A stretch of 63,785 bases of DNA, counting the filler, from Hausera hauseri (lineage: Eukaryota), in assembly GCA_046269625.1 (NCBI GenBank). It is 11 parts of 11 records of this genome, joined end to end, with 100 filler letters (N's around TTAATTAATTAA, not from the genome) between each part and the next. Parts side by side here need not be neighbours in the genome. Positions count along the whole stretch, not along the records: positions 20,866 to 24,999 come from JBJURY010740432.1; positions 25,100 to 29,828 come from JBJURY010458467.1; positions 29,929 to 35,733 come from JBJURY010185972.1; 8 more parts are not named here. The stretch is one strand, 5' to 3'. Each line of letters begins with the position of its first letter. Positions within the stretch are counted from its first letter, which is position 1. This document shows, piece by piece, positions 20,866-34,914 of this stretch. The translations under genes were made by a program, and so were the position numbers. Under the pieces are notes generated by a model. That model was not told where the DNA came from. It did not search any database and saw only the letters and a program-made list of their open reading frames with translations.

Positions 20866-21830
20866 TTGGAAGAAAAAGACAGAATTTCAGAGATCGAAAC
20901 CGAAAAGACAGCTAAAAGGAAAACCTCCTTCCGCGATTATTTATTCAAGAAAAAAAGTAAAGAAGGAGAAAAGAGACCAAAAGATGACGACAAAAATTTA
21001 AAACTAAAGCAAATAAATAATCCAAGAAAACCAGCAGAAGGATCATCAAAAACAACCCTACAGTCCAGTGCTGAGAAGTCTACGAGGATACCGAGCAAAC
21101 AGAAGGAGCAAATGACAGAAATAAACGTATTACGGAAAAAGAACGCTACGGATGATATACGCTACGCCACTACGGCAGATTACCTCAGGATGTTAATAGC
21201 AACAGAATACTATAGTAAACAAAGGATTAAAGAGGCGATGTTTTTCGTCAAATCAATGCCCGCCAGACAAGTTTACGAGAACACTTATGTCTGGGAAAAT
21301 CCTAAGATCGGGAATTATGTTGCCCCAATATTTTAGTCTAGATGGAACGGTAAGCTTTTAGTCCCCGTGAATAAACCAATCAAGCTGTTATTAAAGAAGC
21401 AATATCAAAAATACCGGTCGACTGGTGAAGTTCCCGATTTAGATCGAGACACTCTCAGCGACTGGACTTTAATACCCCTAGGATATGATCCCAGAAAGAG
21501 TTCCATAAATCCGAAGCAGAAGAGAATCTTTGCCTATTTATACCAGGAACAATACGGGTTAATAATAGAACCTATAGAGATTATGTTAAGAGTCGACTTA
21601 GACGATGAAAATTGGGAAAAGTAGGAAAATGAATGCCCAGTATGCGAGGCAAATCTGACACAAGGATACGTAGTGCTAAATAACCCTGATTGTCGACACA
21701 AATATTGCAGAGACTGCCTAGAGAAATTGACGTTGGATAATTGAAAAACCACATATCCAGTATGCAGAGCGGAAGCCACTGACCTAAAGTACTATTCAAA
21801 CGGTAGTTATACCCGAATAGTTAGAATCAA
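20866..21830 (+). pseudogene. 3' end of a repeated-element ORF ending in a RING finger
   Basis: Same frame across stops; CPVC..CRHKYCRDC..PVCR at 21634-21770; homologous to 44630-45155. Confidence 0.7.
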
Positions 21831-21985
21831 ACCTGACCACAGTTATGAGTTGGAGCCGAACCCCAGAGAACGCCAGCCTAGTACCAGTTCTGGACCCAGT
21901 CTGAGAAGACGCATGGAAATGCTGCGATCGCCGAGACCTTGAGGCACCTCTCCTGACGCAATCGGCACATCTGAGGATGCCGTTC

Positions 21986-22060
21986 AGGGAGGAGAAATGT
22001 TGTAACAACGATAGATAGTGTTGTAACAATGATAGATAGAAATGGAATGTAACAATAGTC
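21986..22060 (+). repeat. PPT and start of a 3' LTR (LTR begins 21998; end not determined)
   Basis: AGGGAGGAGAAA followed by TGTTGTAACA. Confidence 0.6.
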
Positions 22061-23235
22061 TTTGTAAATATTTAATTTGTAGCCAATACAATATTCATAG
22101 AATTGCTGTAGTAAGCTTAAATATAAATTATTTATGGATTCGGAGAAATAGCGAAATTCCGTCGTGTGTAAAATTAAATTATATCTACTTGAATTGGAAC
22201 AATTGATCTGAAAAATGTATGAGAAAAGAAAGAAAATAAAATGTTGTACAAATAATTTATGACGAGTAAATCTATATAAGGACACAAAGTAGAGATAGAA
22301 TCAGAATGCAGTTGCGAATTTTAGAAAAGACTTTGAATTGATTATTTATCTAGTGACATTCTTGACTGATATTCAAACGTTGTGTACGATCCGAGAATAA
22401 ATTATTCGGTAAAGTTTTATTCTTAATAAATCCCTCTATAGTTTATCTTCGCCCTTTAAGGGTGATTAGACGACAATAAGGTTAAAATCAATACTTAAAA
22501 TAAATAGTTAAGAGAGAGACAGTAATAAATCTATTGCAAAGGACTGCAAGCATTGACCAGCAAAGGACGCTGTAAAATCGATACGGTACATTCAGTCTAT
22601 CCGATAACGGCAGACCGAACCTAATAGCAAATAAACTTCCAGTGCAATTACTGTTATATAGCAGGAGACGATTAGGGCCCACCCCAATATATAACAATAT
22701 GAACGAAATTTTTGCGCATATTTTTTTATTCAATAACATTTTGGATTCGATTGAAAGCAAATAAGAATATAATTTATTTTCATTGCCTTTTCGTTTTATT
22801 TGAGGAAAAGTAAAGAGAAATATATTAAGTTTTAGGGATAAAAGAAGAATGAGTCTTTCGACCTTATTGCTTAATCTCTATTAATTAACTATTTAGCAGT
22901 CTATGGGTTTCTATTAAATTACTCGACCTTGTACGAGACCGACACCAAAAGATGCACACTGATCGACTCTTCTTGTTTAAGTAACTTTAGAACAAATAGT
23001 ATTTTAACATCATTATACCAAAGTGGGTAAGGGTCTTGTAACTCCTCTTTAATTAAATTATTCGGTTAATATTAAAGATTAAACGTGACCCGACAGTTGC
23101 GCGATAGACATGTGCGCCGACAAAAAAACGCCCATTAAAACGCGACGTCAAATTCTCCACGATAGAATCGCGACGACAAATGCGCGATGACAAGTACAAT
23201 CCAATCACAAAAAAGCATAGATAATAATGTTTAAT

Positions 23236-24631
23236 TTAGATGTCAATATTATGAAACAAGGCACGCAGATAGTCCTTAAGATCACGCCCTGCATATTTAG
23301 AAAGAAATGCAGCAAGACGTCTTGATAGTTGAGCGTATTTAGACTTTCTGGTAATTCCGCTCTGTATACGACTGATGGTTTGTTCTGTTAAGTCTTGTTC
23401 ACGACGGAAATGATCAACCAATATGTGAATAGTAGGATATTGGCACGCGACAGACGATTGGAACGCGTTATACCAACCCTCTGAGTTATTTGTTCGCGGC
23501 AAGTCATCAGCAACACGTCCTCGCATGTTCCACATGGTGATAGGAAACAACGGGTTGGCTCGTCGATTGCGTCTCAAGCAACCAACATAATTGTTTATCT
23601 AGTAATCATAAACATTTTTGAGATTATCGGGTCTACTCGCTCAGTTCATCGAAAGCGGACCCAATATACTCCAGAGGAACGAAACTCAGTGCAATTAGCA
23701 TCTTTGAATACATTTTAATGTTCTCGTTGTCGCGATACAAATGAGATAAACCTTTGTTTTGTATTCTACACTATAATGACTGATCAAGTTGAAACAGACA
23801 ACCAAGTACGATAGCATTTAGAAGTACAGTAGACAGTGCGTTCATACCTCCTTGCTCAAAATCGATCAGAATGTTAATAGGCGTGAGATTGTCATAGTTC
23901 TGGCACTTTCCGGAAAACCCGATCATAGTTAGGTCGTGTTTTTGTTCCCATGAGCACATTAATGGAATTGAGCGATTCTCAATTAAAGCATGTATGGTAA
24001 ATACCTGTAGAAATATCTTGGGAGCTACCTTGAATGTTCCGTCCATAAAGCAGTGCAGATATTGCTCCAAAAATTACAAATTTGCTGCAGTGCCGAACAT
24101 GGAGATTCTGTTTGTGTCTTGATTACTCGAATCCCAGAGAAGCAAATTTTCAGAAAGTGTTGTTACCTTCATAGTATCCGGGAGAATGATGTCTTTAATA
24201 GAATCTGGCCTCGGACTGGTGACATAAGGTGCCTTTCGTTTCCGCTCGACAGTACGTTGGCTTGTCGAATACGACGGCAAAAGATGGGTTGCTTCCAGCG
24301 AGACTGCTGCTGTGCTGTTCAAAATAATTTGACGAGGTTTTTCCACTCCATTTTCAGCTTGTTCGCGTATAGTCGCCTTCATTTTCTCGCTTTTATTTTT
24401 TGCGATATTTGGTGCGTGCATATGTTCAGTACTTGTTTGTAACGTCTCGTCTGTTTTCTTACGTCTGCCGGCACTCTTAACGCACCTCCACGAAGACGAT
24501 CCATCTTTATTTACCTTGTCGCATCGATATCGATAACTTTCATACAGCAGTTGTTGTTTTCCTTTCGGTGACCTAATAATATCCATGTAGTATTTTACTG
24601 ATTGTGTTGTGTTGATGTTTTGTCGTCCCAA
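23236..24631 (-). mobile_element. MULE (Mutator-like) transposase pseudogene with N-terminal FLYWCH
   Basis: KGKQQLLYESYRY..WRC, MDGTFKVAP..QVFTIHA, IDFE, GCLF, RTNN..EGW; stops and frameshifts. Confidence 0.9.
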
Positions 24632-24999
24632 TAAATATCCATCTAATATTGCACTAATTGTGTTTTGTTGATGTTTTCTTGACCTAATAAATATTCATGT
24701 AATAGTTGACTAATTGTTTTTTGTTGATGTTTTGTCGACCTAATAAATATCCATCTAATATTTTACTAATTGTGTTGTGTTGATGTTTTGTCGACTAATA
24801 AATATCCATCTAATATTGCAGTAATTGTGTTTTGTTGAAGTTTTGTCGACCTAATAATATCCATCTAATATTTTACTAATTGTGTTGTGTTGATGTTTTG
24901 TCGACCTAATAAATATCCATCAAATATTTGACTAATTGTGTTTTGTTGATGTTTTGTCGACCTAATAAATATCCATCTAATATTTGACTAATTGTGTTT
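24575..24999. repeat. ~59-bp tandem repeat, ~7 copies
   Basis: Unit taataaatatccatctaatattttactaattgtgttttgttgatgttttgtcgacc. Confidence 0.9.
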
Positions 25000-25099
25000 N
25001 NNNNNNNNNNNNNNNNNNNNNNNNNNNNNNNNNNNNNNNNNNNTTAATTAATTAANNNNNNNNNNNNNNNNNNNNNNNNNNNNNNNNNNNNNNNNNNNN

Positions 25100-28000
25100 T
25101 GAAAATCACAGAACCCTCTATGGACACGATTATACAACGCTTCTTCCACGACAATGTTATAGACACACAACGACCATCAGAATTTTTACGCACATCTTTG
25201 GCACATCTGCACACTCTCGGTGTCACTAAAGAACACTACCCCGAACTATTGCGTCATTACTTTCTTAACGCGTTACTCATCCAAATTCGGGCTTTATTTA
25301 CCGTGGTGGAGGACTCCACGGCTATTGAAAAATTGGCCGAATTAGCCGCTAAACACATGATGTTCTACAATTACATTTACCACCAGTCGTTTCGGCGGCA
25401 GTTGCCCCTAATGATATTCAATCCAATAACATATCAATAGAACAACAACTCAATCAGCTATGTGCTAAAAATACCGCACTAAACGCAACCATTAACAATA
25501 TAAACAACAAATTGATCTAGCTTTTCCTGTCTCGGCGAAGGGATTTTCTTGCTGAACGCGCCAATTCTGCATCTAAAAACCGGTCACCATCGCCTGCGCG
25601 GTCATCAATCTGCTATTATCAAAACAGATTCAATAAGAATGCCAAGAAATGCAGCCTAGGATGCAAATTTTACAACAGAAGTTTTTCTTCAGACACCGTT
25701 GTTTGCATTTACCACGCAAAGTTGAAAAATCAAGCCCGTAAATGCATTCCAGGCTGCACTTTTAAACTAGATACGAACGACGGACACTACCTTTTCTTCT
25801 AATAGTCGTCCTAGTTCACCTTTTCAAAAAAACTAAATTTGCCGCAAGAAGTCATGCAAACTCTGGTAAAGGCACTACTTTACTTTCTGAATGCCGACAC
25901 GACTTTTCTGCTGTCTTTACTCTAAAGGCTCCAATCACCGCTCCTACGACGCAATCCGTTGATTTCCTCATTGATACAGGTGCAGCGATTTCCTTATTAC
26001 CACAATTTTTTCCTGTACAAAATTCACCATTCAGAATTAAACCCTTACACACCGCTTCAGGTCAACCGCTGCACATTTCTGGCACGGCTAAATTATCTTT
26101 TATCTTACCAAAATTTCCTTCACCTTTCCACTGGACGTTCACAGTTGCCAACGTCGAAATGACAATTTTAGGGTCCGATTTCCTATCACATTATAATTTA
26201 TTGGTTGACTGCAGTTAACGATGTCTGAGGAGCGGCATCACTAGCAGCATTGCTGAGCATGCCAATAGCATTTCGACTACGGTGCAATCAATCGAGACAC
26301 AGAGGTCAATTTTGGGAAAATCAATAAATAATTCGAATTTCCATAACAATTATTCAATTCGTAAATTTTTAAATAATAATATTGATCTTCTATCGATGTT
26401 CGATGTCGATAATTGTGGTACTTCCACCAATGTTCATTCACTTGACGAAATCACTTTATCCAACACCATTTTAAATTCGACCATCTTACACCAAATATCA
26501 CTTGTGTGCACATCACAAAACAATTCACAAATCGCAGCCGCTACTACTCAAGCTGCTTCATCATCATCATCAAATCTATCACAGTTGCCTACAACTTTAC
26601 AGCAATTCCGTGCCACATCATGTCCACGCGTACTTAAAAAGATCGTTCGTTTACATATACAAGCAGCACTGTACATCACAATTACACAGCATTAACGACC
26701 AATATGCCAAAAGATACGACCACTGTCACCTTGTCGTAGACAGGCTGCAGAAGCCGAATTTCTTGAACTAGAACGCTCCGGAATTTTACGCCGTCCCAAA
26801 TCTCCTTGGTCGTCACCTTTACACATTGTACAAAAAAGGACTGTACTTTTAGACCATGCGGTGACTGCCGCCAGTTGATCAACTTGACAATCATGGATGC
26901 ATACCCCTTGACACTCATCAAGGACATCCTGCATCGCCTTAATTCAACTATCATTTATTCGACCAACGATTTGGCCAAAGCATACCACCAAATACCGGTG
27001 GCACCCGAAGACATAAAAAAACTGCCGTTACTACTTCTTTTGGCCTCTACGAGTACCTGTTTATGCCATTCTGTTTGCGAAATGCCGCACATACTTTCCA
27101 GCGACATATCGACTCAATTCTCTCAGATTTCCCGTTTGCGCACCCTTAAATTGATGATATTCTGATCGTTTCGTCTTCGGTCAAACAACACGAGGAACAC
27201 CTTTGCGCGATATTCCAACGCCTTCACCACCATAATCTCCAAGTCAATTTCGACAAATGCCATTTTTCAAAAAACTCATCAACTTTTTAGGCCACGTTAT
27301 TTCACCAGACGGCCACTCTCCTCAACCAGACCGAGTTGAAGCCATTAAAAATATCCAATTGCCACGTACAACCACCGAAATGCGCAGCTTCCTCGGTACC
27401 CTACACTTTGTATATAAATATGTACGATATTGCTCCGAATTGACACCACTATTTGCACACTTAAGCGGTGGCAAAAAACATCAGCCAATCCAGTGGACAC
27501 CTGAGTTGGTAGACAAATTTGATAAATTACGCGAAGGAAATAAGACCATCGACATTCTCGCTTTCCCCAAGCCTGATGCAGAACTCATCCTTACTACATA
27601 CGCTTCAACAACTGAGGTAGGTGCTGTACTTCACCAGATCTACAAAGGATAAAATCAACCGCTAGAATTTTTCTCTCGCAAGCTAACACCCCCTGAAACC
27701 AGATACTCAACGTTCGATCGAGTTATTGGCCATTGTTCTTGCTTTAAAGCATTTCTCCCACCTACTTGTCGCTCGCCATTTTACTATACAAACCGATCAC
27801 AAAACCTTACTTATAACATCATAGCTATGAAACATGCTTCCACACGCCAAGAATGACAAATATCATACTTGTCGACTTTTAACTCCGACATAAAACATAT
27901 TAATGGGGGTAATAAATTGGTGTCCGACTTTTTATCTAGGTCGGTTAGTTCGATTAATTTTTCACAGATTTTTACGCTAGCTCAACTTTAACAGAACCAG

Positions 28001-29828
28001 CCACCTCAAGACATGCTTAATTCTTTAAAGTCTTGCACAATTGTTGACGGCGTGACTTTAGACATTTCCAAACCAGGTTATTCCGTAATAATTCTCGCAC
28101 CATCATTGCAAAGGCGAGAATTTAATAGCGTACATTCGCTACACCACCCTGATGCTAAAGCCACTTTTTGTTTACTCCATCGACAAGTAATATGGCAGTC
28201 AATGCGTTCTTATGTGCAGGCGTGGGTTAAAGAGTGTGTGGATTGCCGAAAATTCAAAACAACTAAACATTTAAAGACACCATTGTTCCACTTCCCCTGC
28301 ACATTGCGTTTCGACATCATTGGCCCTTTTCCTCCAGACAGAGGTTATCAATTCATTCTCACCATGATGAATCGTTCCTCGCGATGGCCAGAAGCCATCC
28401 CTCTGCGCAGCACGAACACAGATACCATAGCTGACGTTTTCATTCGTACATGGATTAGCAGGTTTGGATCACCTCGTTTTATCGTCACGGAATAGGGTCC
28501 ACACTTTGAATCCAACCTGTTCAAATCCCTTGTTAACCGATTGGGGTTCCATTACATGCATACTACGCCTTACCATCCCCAATCGAATGGCCTTCTAGAA
28601 CGCTTCAACCGAACATTGAAAACGTCACTAGGAATTGTTGCATCGTCCAACACTAGTTGGACGAATCTTCTTCCGTTTGTTCTGCTTGGCTGGCTGAACA
28701 CTCCGTCTACTTCTACGGGATGCTCACCTACTGAAGCCTTATTCGGAGCTCCTGTACGATCATTGTTCGAACCAACTGCTTTACACGACACTCCTACAGA
28801 TGAAACGACACGGACGGCGCGAAATCCCTTCGTTACGGTCAGCAAAGATTCGCTCTGTAGGATACTTCACAAAGACAAAACATATTTACCCGAAGACTTG
28901 TATTCGACAAAATTCGTATGGCTAAAAAATCAAACACCGTGCAGTTTTCAGCCGCGGTATCTGGGGCCCTATAAACTGATATAGCTGCATTCATATCATG
29001 CTATTATCTCTAAAGACGGCAAAGAACTTACAGTACATATTACCAACTTAAAGTCCGCCTTCTTTGTCGACGACACTTTACCAATGGACACGTCAACCTC
29101 TTTCCTCACTCCTACACTTCCTACTCTTCCTTTATCTGTTGCTACATCAGTTTAACCTCCTCCTTCTGCTTCTAGTTCTACTTCATCATTCTCCACACCT
29201 TTTACTTTTATTTCTATCTCTTTTCCTTTTTCTACCACTCCCGCTGTGTCATTTTCTACTTCTACTCTTCCGCCTAACAGAATTCCAATTTCTACTTCAA
29301 TTTCCGTTTCTCGTCCTTCATCTTCTAACACTGTCTTGAATACCTTTAACCGTCCATTTTCAACAATGTCTCTTCTTCCTTCACCTTCTTCTTCTCTTCA
29401 TTTTGACTCGTCTTTGCACAACACAACATTCACTACAAAATCTGACAATTTTTTCCCTAACTTCAACCTCTGCAAGCAAACACATCCCATAAAGACAACA
29501 TATGCAGAGTCATATTTAGCAAGTATAGCAGGGAAAAATCAGTAGAATGCACCAAACGTCTTGCTTACACTAAGACCAATTGACACAGGCTCTTTTTGTT
29601 TAGCGATTTTTTCTTTCCGTCTATTTTGATTTTTATAGTTTTCACTTTGCCACGGAGGTGATGTGGTGCCCACGATGGCCGGTGCCCATTGGCCTATTTG
29701 GTCGGGCGCGGCAGGGCGTCCGTTGCCGCCTCGTCGGGCTCATAGTCGGGTCCGATCTTCCGCCTCTAAATCGACTGTCAAGAAAAACACGTACTATAAA
29801 TGATCGTACTCAACAATGTCCTTCGATG
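25100..29828 (+). mobile_element. Decayed CsRN1-like Gypsy LTR retrotransposon (gag-PR-RT-RH-IN, PPT, partial 3' LTR from 29662)
   Basis: CHCC-type gag fingers, FLIDTGA, RPCGD, DDILI, YSTFDREL, DIIGP, YHPQSNGLLER, RYLGPY; many stops and frameshifts. Confidence 0.9.
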
Positions 29829-29928
29829 NNNNNNNNNNNNNNNNNNNNNNNNNNNNNNNNNNNNNNNNNNNNTTAATTAATTAANNNNNNNNNNNNNNNN
29901 NNNNNNNNNNNNNNNNNNNNNNNNNNNN

Positions 29929-30870
29929 ATAAGATGATTCGTTAATTGGCATATATAGTCGAATGTCCATCCACTTTCCTTAGACTCACTTTCATCTGCT
30001 TCGTGGACTATTTTATTGATTTCATTTAGAATAATTTCTTCGATATCAGTGTCCATCAATACGAATTTTCCGGTGGTCTTGAATGCCCGTTTTATGATTT
30101 TACCAACAATATTAGTATGTATAGTTTCTAGCAAAAAATTCACCTTGATCGCATTTAAATCTGGTATTGCATCCTCCAAAATAGCAGCGATTTCCGACTT
30201 GCGATTTTCCAGAAATTGAACAATACTCCAGGTTTCTGCATCGTTTTGCGGTTCAATTGAATATTCCCGTACTTTGCACTTCATGGCGTGTTTGACTGCT
30301 GTTCTTTTTCCTGGTGCCTTTTGGTATATTTTGTGTGCTGGCTTTGCTTTTCTTTTCTGTTTGATATATCATTTGATGTTGAAGGGACTGGTTGATCTAT
30401 GACAATAGCATCTGTTGTTGAGGGAACTAGTGGATCTTCCATTGCTTCCTTTAATAAATCACGTTTTCTTTTTGATTGAAATTGACCCTAATGTGATCCA
30501 TGTTTATGTAGAAAATCCTCATAATTCGATGTCTCTCATGTTTGGCACTTAGGACAAACATAATATTGTACTCCATAATGCCTGACTCCGTAGTACTGCA
30601 TACCACTTGGCATTATCTTGTACGTGATTTTTGACGAAGACGAGTGATCGGATGTTGAAGGCGATAATTGCGATGTCATTTCGATAGATATTTTTCTTTT
30701 AGACTCTTTTTGGAATTGATTTGTGTCCATTGCGTTGCTGGTAAAATTCCATATAAGGCAAATCATTTTTCGATCGTCATACTGGACATATAAATCCATG
30801 TTTTGAAGCATAATATTTCTGCATCTTCTGATGGCACTTCTCTGGATTTTCGTGCTGGGTATTTGCACAA
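29929..30870 (-). pseudogene. N-terminal region of Polinton-type protein-primed polB with upstream Zn-finger-like motif
   Basis: KVNFLLE..RAFKT..ESKESGWT matches 33906-34150 and 57960-58126; YVCPKC..H..H. Confidence 0.7.
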
Positions 30871-32362
30871 TAATTCGTATACGTTTTACACTAGAAAATT
30901 ATTTTATTAAAATCAACAAACGGAAACAAATCTTACTTCATTCCTTTTTTATTAAAATATTGATAGACTATGTAACAATTACTGTATTGATATTGTTTCC
31001 TTAATTTATGTTTCATTTTAAACAACTTTATTAGTTGATTATATTAAGTTCTTATTTAACCTCATTTCATGATTTATGCCAATCTTCGTGCTGAGTAATG
31101 GCAGAAAATGTACTAAATATAAAGAAATGTACTTTAAAACATTTTGGATTTTCAATGTTCATATATGCATTTAATATTCACAGTACTAACTGTTCTGCCT
31201 GATAAAAAGTTCACATGACATATTTAATGTTCCTCCTACCTTTGCTCAGCTGGACGGCGTCACATCTTTATTGTGACGTCCACTTCCTATTCGACTTATT
31301 GAGATTTTTCATTTGATACATAACTCAACATCGTATTCCATCATTGGTACACACACATTTGCTTTTTGACTGACGTACGTAAATGGATGTTTAAAATTTT
31401 TTCATTACGCACATGCGTTACGATCAACCGGCAACCAGTTTATTGGTACCGGTTCAGGTGGGCTTTGATGATTTTTTTTTCACTGACTTCCAAGAGAGGA
31501 CCCTCTGACGATTTTCCGGTTTATTCATCTTTGCGCGGCCGCAGAATGATTTATTTCAATTCGGACACCTGTATCGGATAGTCCTCGCCAGTTTATTTCA
31601 TTTGATATACGACTCCATACGGGACTCCATTATCATTGCACACATGGGAGTCTGTGACATCATCGGTGCATCGTGCGCCGTTCATTCCGGTGTCGTTCGG
31701 CTACTCATCGCCCGATTGTTACGGGACCGGTGGCATTTCATCAATAATGTTTCCCAGTTCCCCTTAAACCATATGCCGGTCGTGGCTCACTTTCTTAATC
31801 GCCCCATGAACCCGCGGTACATCCGATTGATTTTGTTCCTTCAACATTTGATGTGCCCCGGTCGTCCCTTCATTTCTGTGCCACACGGCCATTCCTTCCA
31901 TCATAACCATTTCCTTCTAACATCAGCTTTTTTGGCTCCGCCCTCTGTTTCTATGGTGCACCGTACAAAATTGCCGATGTGATTTTTGAAATCTCCGTTG
32001 CCAAATTGACAAATCCCGAACCAGTGTGCGCATCAAGCATTCTTCGTATTGACTGCGCGGGGGGAGGGTTGAGCCAGGACCGGCATTTTTCTACTTCTCT
32101 GGCGTCTGCAGCAGTTTATATACGAAATGGGTTTCTCCACTTCCACTCGGACCAACTACTTGTATAACTGAATTATTTTAAATAGTCCATTAATAAAAAA
32201 ATGTTACACTTGCTTGTTTATGTTGAAAGTTTATTTGGTTGACATAATTAAATGAAATTAATGTTAATAAAATGAGACGCCATATATATTTTTTTAATTA
32301 ATACAGAAACATAAATTATTAAAATCAGTAACAGGATACAAAAAAGAAAACTATTACACAAT

Positions 32363-34790
32363 TTATTTTTTAGCACTTTTTACACTAATTGCAATGTGAG
32401 TACGCGTCTTAATACCGTCTTCTTGAATCACACGTTTGTCATCCCTATTATTCAGATTCATTTTCTGCAGATGTACAGTCGTCACAATATGTGAATGGGA
32501 TCTGATTGAATTCATCATATTAATTTTTACCTGATCACCATGTAGTGCCTTAATATAGTCATCCATAGTTAATTGATCTCGTACAACCGCCCGCTGGGCA
32601 CCTTTTGGCCGTTTCTTAATGATATCACCGACAGCTCACGCATACATTTTTAACACGGGACCCACGAATCGTGTGATTATTGAGCTGTTCACTTCGTCTT
32701 TAAACTTCCCCAATACTTTTTTATTGACTAAAGAGTGATTCGGGTGATTCGCTGGATAATCACTCGTATTCATGTTTTATGCCATCACCATGGAATTCGC
32801 AAAAATATCTCTCGTTTTTATGCTAAACATGAGTGAGTCTGTATCCATGTACCGTAATTGCAGATTTTCCCAGCCAAACCTAAGCAGCATTGTGTTATAG
32901 TGGAAGTCGTACATGAGTATTTTGCTCAAATCCAAAATACACAAGCAGACATATATTAGCTTACTGAATTTGATCCGGTCTTTTCCGAAGTCAATACAGA
33001 TGAGGTTTTCCATGTAGATTTCCGAATTTCGAAATGTTCGTTTTCTAATGAGTTTTCTCGCTCGCTTCCACTCGGTAACCAGTTCGATATTTTGCCGCTT
33101 CCTTATATTTTCCATCGTCTTCCCGAACATGGCATTGTTGTAAAGCTTGAAGCTCCGTACTAAATTGAATGTAACGTTCTAGCCAGGGGATTGACTGAAT
33201 TGCAATGTCCTTCCGATTTCAGTGACTTTCAGCCCATGTTGAATGGCCTGTTGAAGTAGTCGACACTATACAACGTACCGTTATCGATTACCGAGATGTA
33301 GAATCAGATTTTTTAATTTTTCACTTCTGAAGCTCGGTACCTTAACCGATTCCGGCAGAAATGACAGCTGGTTATGTAGTTTATGTAAGTTCTTATGGTA
33401 CTCAATACCCACTTGAAATATATACCCTGCGGAGGATGTTGGACTAATTTCCATTATGTCCGTATCCATGTTGCCGATCCATTCCGTCCATCTGAAGTCT
33501 CCGTACGGAAGATAGTGGGACATGGCCCACCCGTAGACATTGTTAGCATACAGATATGTGATGTACCGTGTCTCTTTTTCTCATCGTACTTTTTACCCAT
33601 ATGCTTATTGTTGGCTTCAGCGTATCGGTGCACTACTTGATACAGTCCACCACGAATCCCATGCTCCAGCATGATAATTATGTTAGTCTTTATCTGCAGT
33701 TGTACCTTGGTATGTTTCAATATTGCATTCCAAGAGATTCCAGGGGTAGTGAAATAATGTGCCGGATCTACTTTGTATGTGGCCATGGTGACAGCTCTGA
33801 ATCTCTTGAATACATCAGTGAGCAACAGTCCGTCAGTCTTCAGGCACACGTCACTGTACTTTGTATGTTTGACCCAGTCGGGTAGCGGAATATAGGAGGA
33901 ACCACCTATTGGCGAATACTTACTCGAATACTCAGTTGTCGGATTGCAGATAGCATCCATCCGCTTTTCTTCATTTCGCTTTCTCCAGTTTCATTGATTA
34001 ATTTTTCGAATTCACCATCATTGAAATCCTGTAAATCAGTTTCTTTAAGCACGGGCTTATTCACAGTTTTGAATGCCCGTTGTGTCGTTTCGCCACCGAC
34101 GTTAACGAACAATGCTTCAAGGAAAAAGCTTATTTTAAGTGAATTGTTGCAATATACTTCATCCTGTAAAATTCCTTGGACCTCCGACTGGCAGAATTCC
34201 GGAAATTCACGGATTGTCTGCGTATGATAGTTTGTGTGGGTTTTGGTTCATAGCATGTTTTTCGGCTACTCGGACTCAACGGCTTTATTTGGTTTTGCAT
34301 TCGAATGTGTTTTAAGTTTGACTGCCGTGGTTGTGTTGACTGTACTTGTTGACAGCTGCGTAGTTTGCATGCATGTTTGCAGAATATCACGTTTCTTCAG
34401 TGTTTCAAAGCGTGCAAGATGGTCTGTGTGGAGATTATAAAAGTCAGGGAATTGAGATTTTTCTGTAGTTTTACAATTTGGGCAGACAGTAAATTGATCC
34501 ATTAAATCTGGTCAAATATTTTTCCATTTCTTGGGAGTTGAGAAAGATGTTGATTTCGAGATTTGGTTTCTTTCTTGAGGTAGAATTGATTGAGACATTT
34601 GTTTCTCTGTGAGTGATGCATTAAACTGATTTGAATGTCGTTTATGCTGTTCGTAAAATTCCAAATACGAAGCAGCATCGGCAGATTGACATTGTGGGCA
34701 TAAGTAATAAATAAGTCCGTTTTTTGACGTTTTGTAATGTTTTCATATCTGATGGCATTGACCTAGACCATGCATTTTTGAATTGCAATA
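32363..34790 (-). pseudogene. Polinton/adintovirus polB, internally deleted and frameshifted
   Basis: GSSYIPLP, DPAHYFTTPG, IRGG, FGKTMENIRKR, YMDTDSL, GKFKDE, DDKR. Confidence 0.9.
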
Positions 34791-34914
34791 ATTGCCATAT
34801 AATTTGAACTATAAATATTTAAATATAGGTAAATAAAAAATCAATATTTTTACTTATTCATGTTTAAAGAGATAAAGTGATTGTGTTAAATGATAAACGA
34901 GAATAAATAAGTTG

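Noticed and set aside
24575-24999. CRISPR-like array (also considered for 37200-38775)
   Set aside because: Contiguous tandem units without unique spacers, no cas genes, eukaryotic context.
31400-32150. GC-richer stretch as a parvoviral NS or other viral gene
   Set aside because: No helicase, HUH or other recognisable motif found in the translations I checked.
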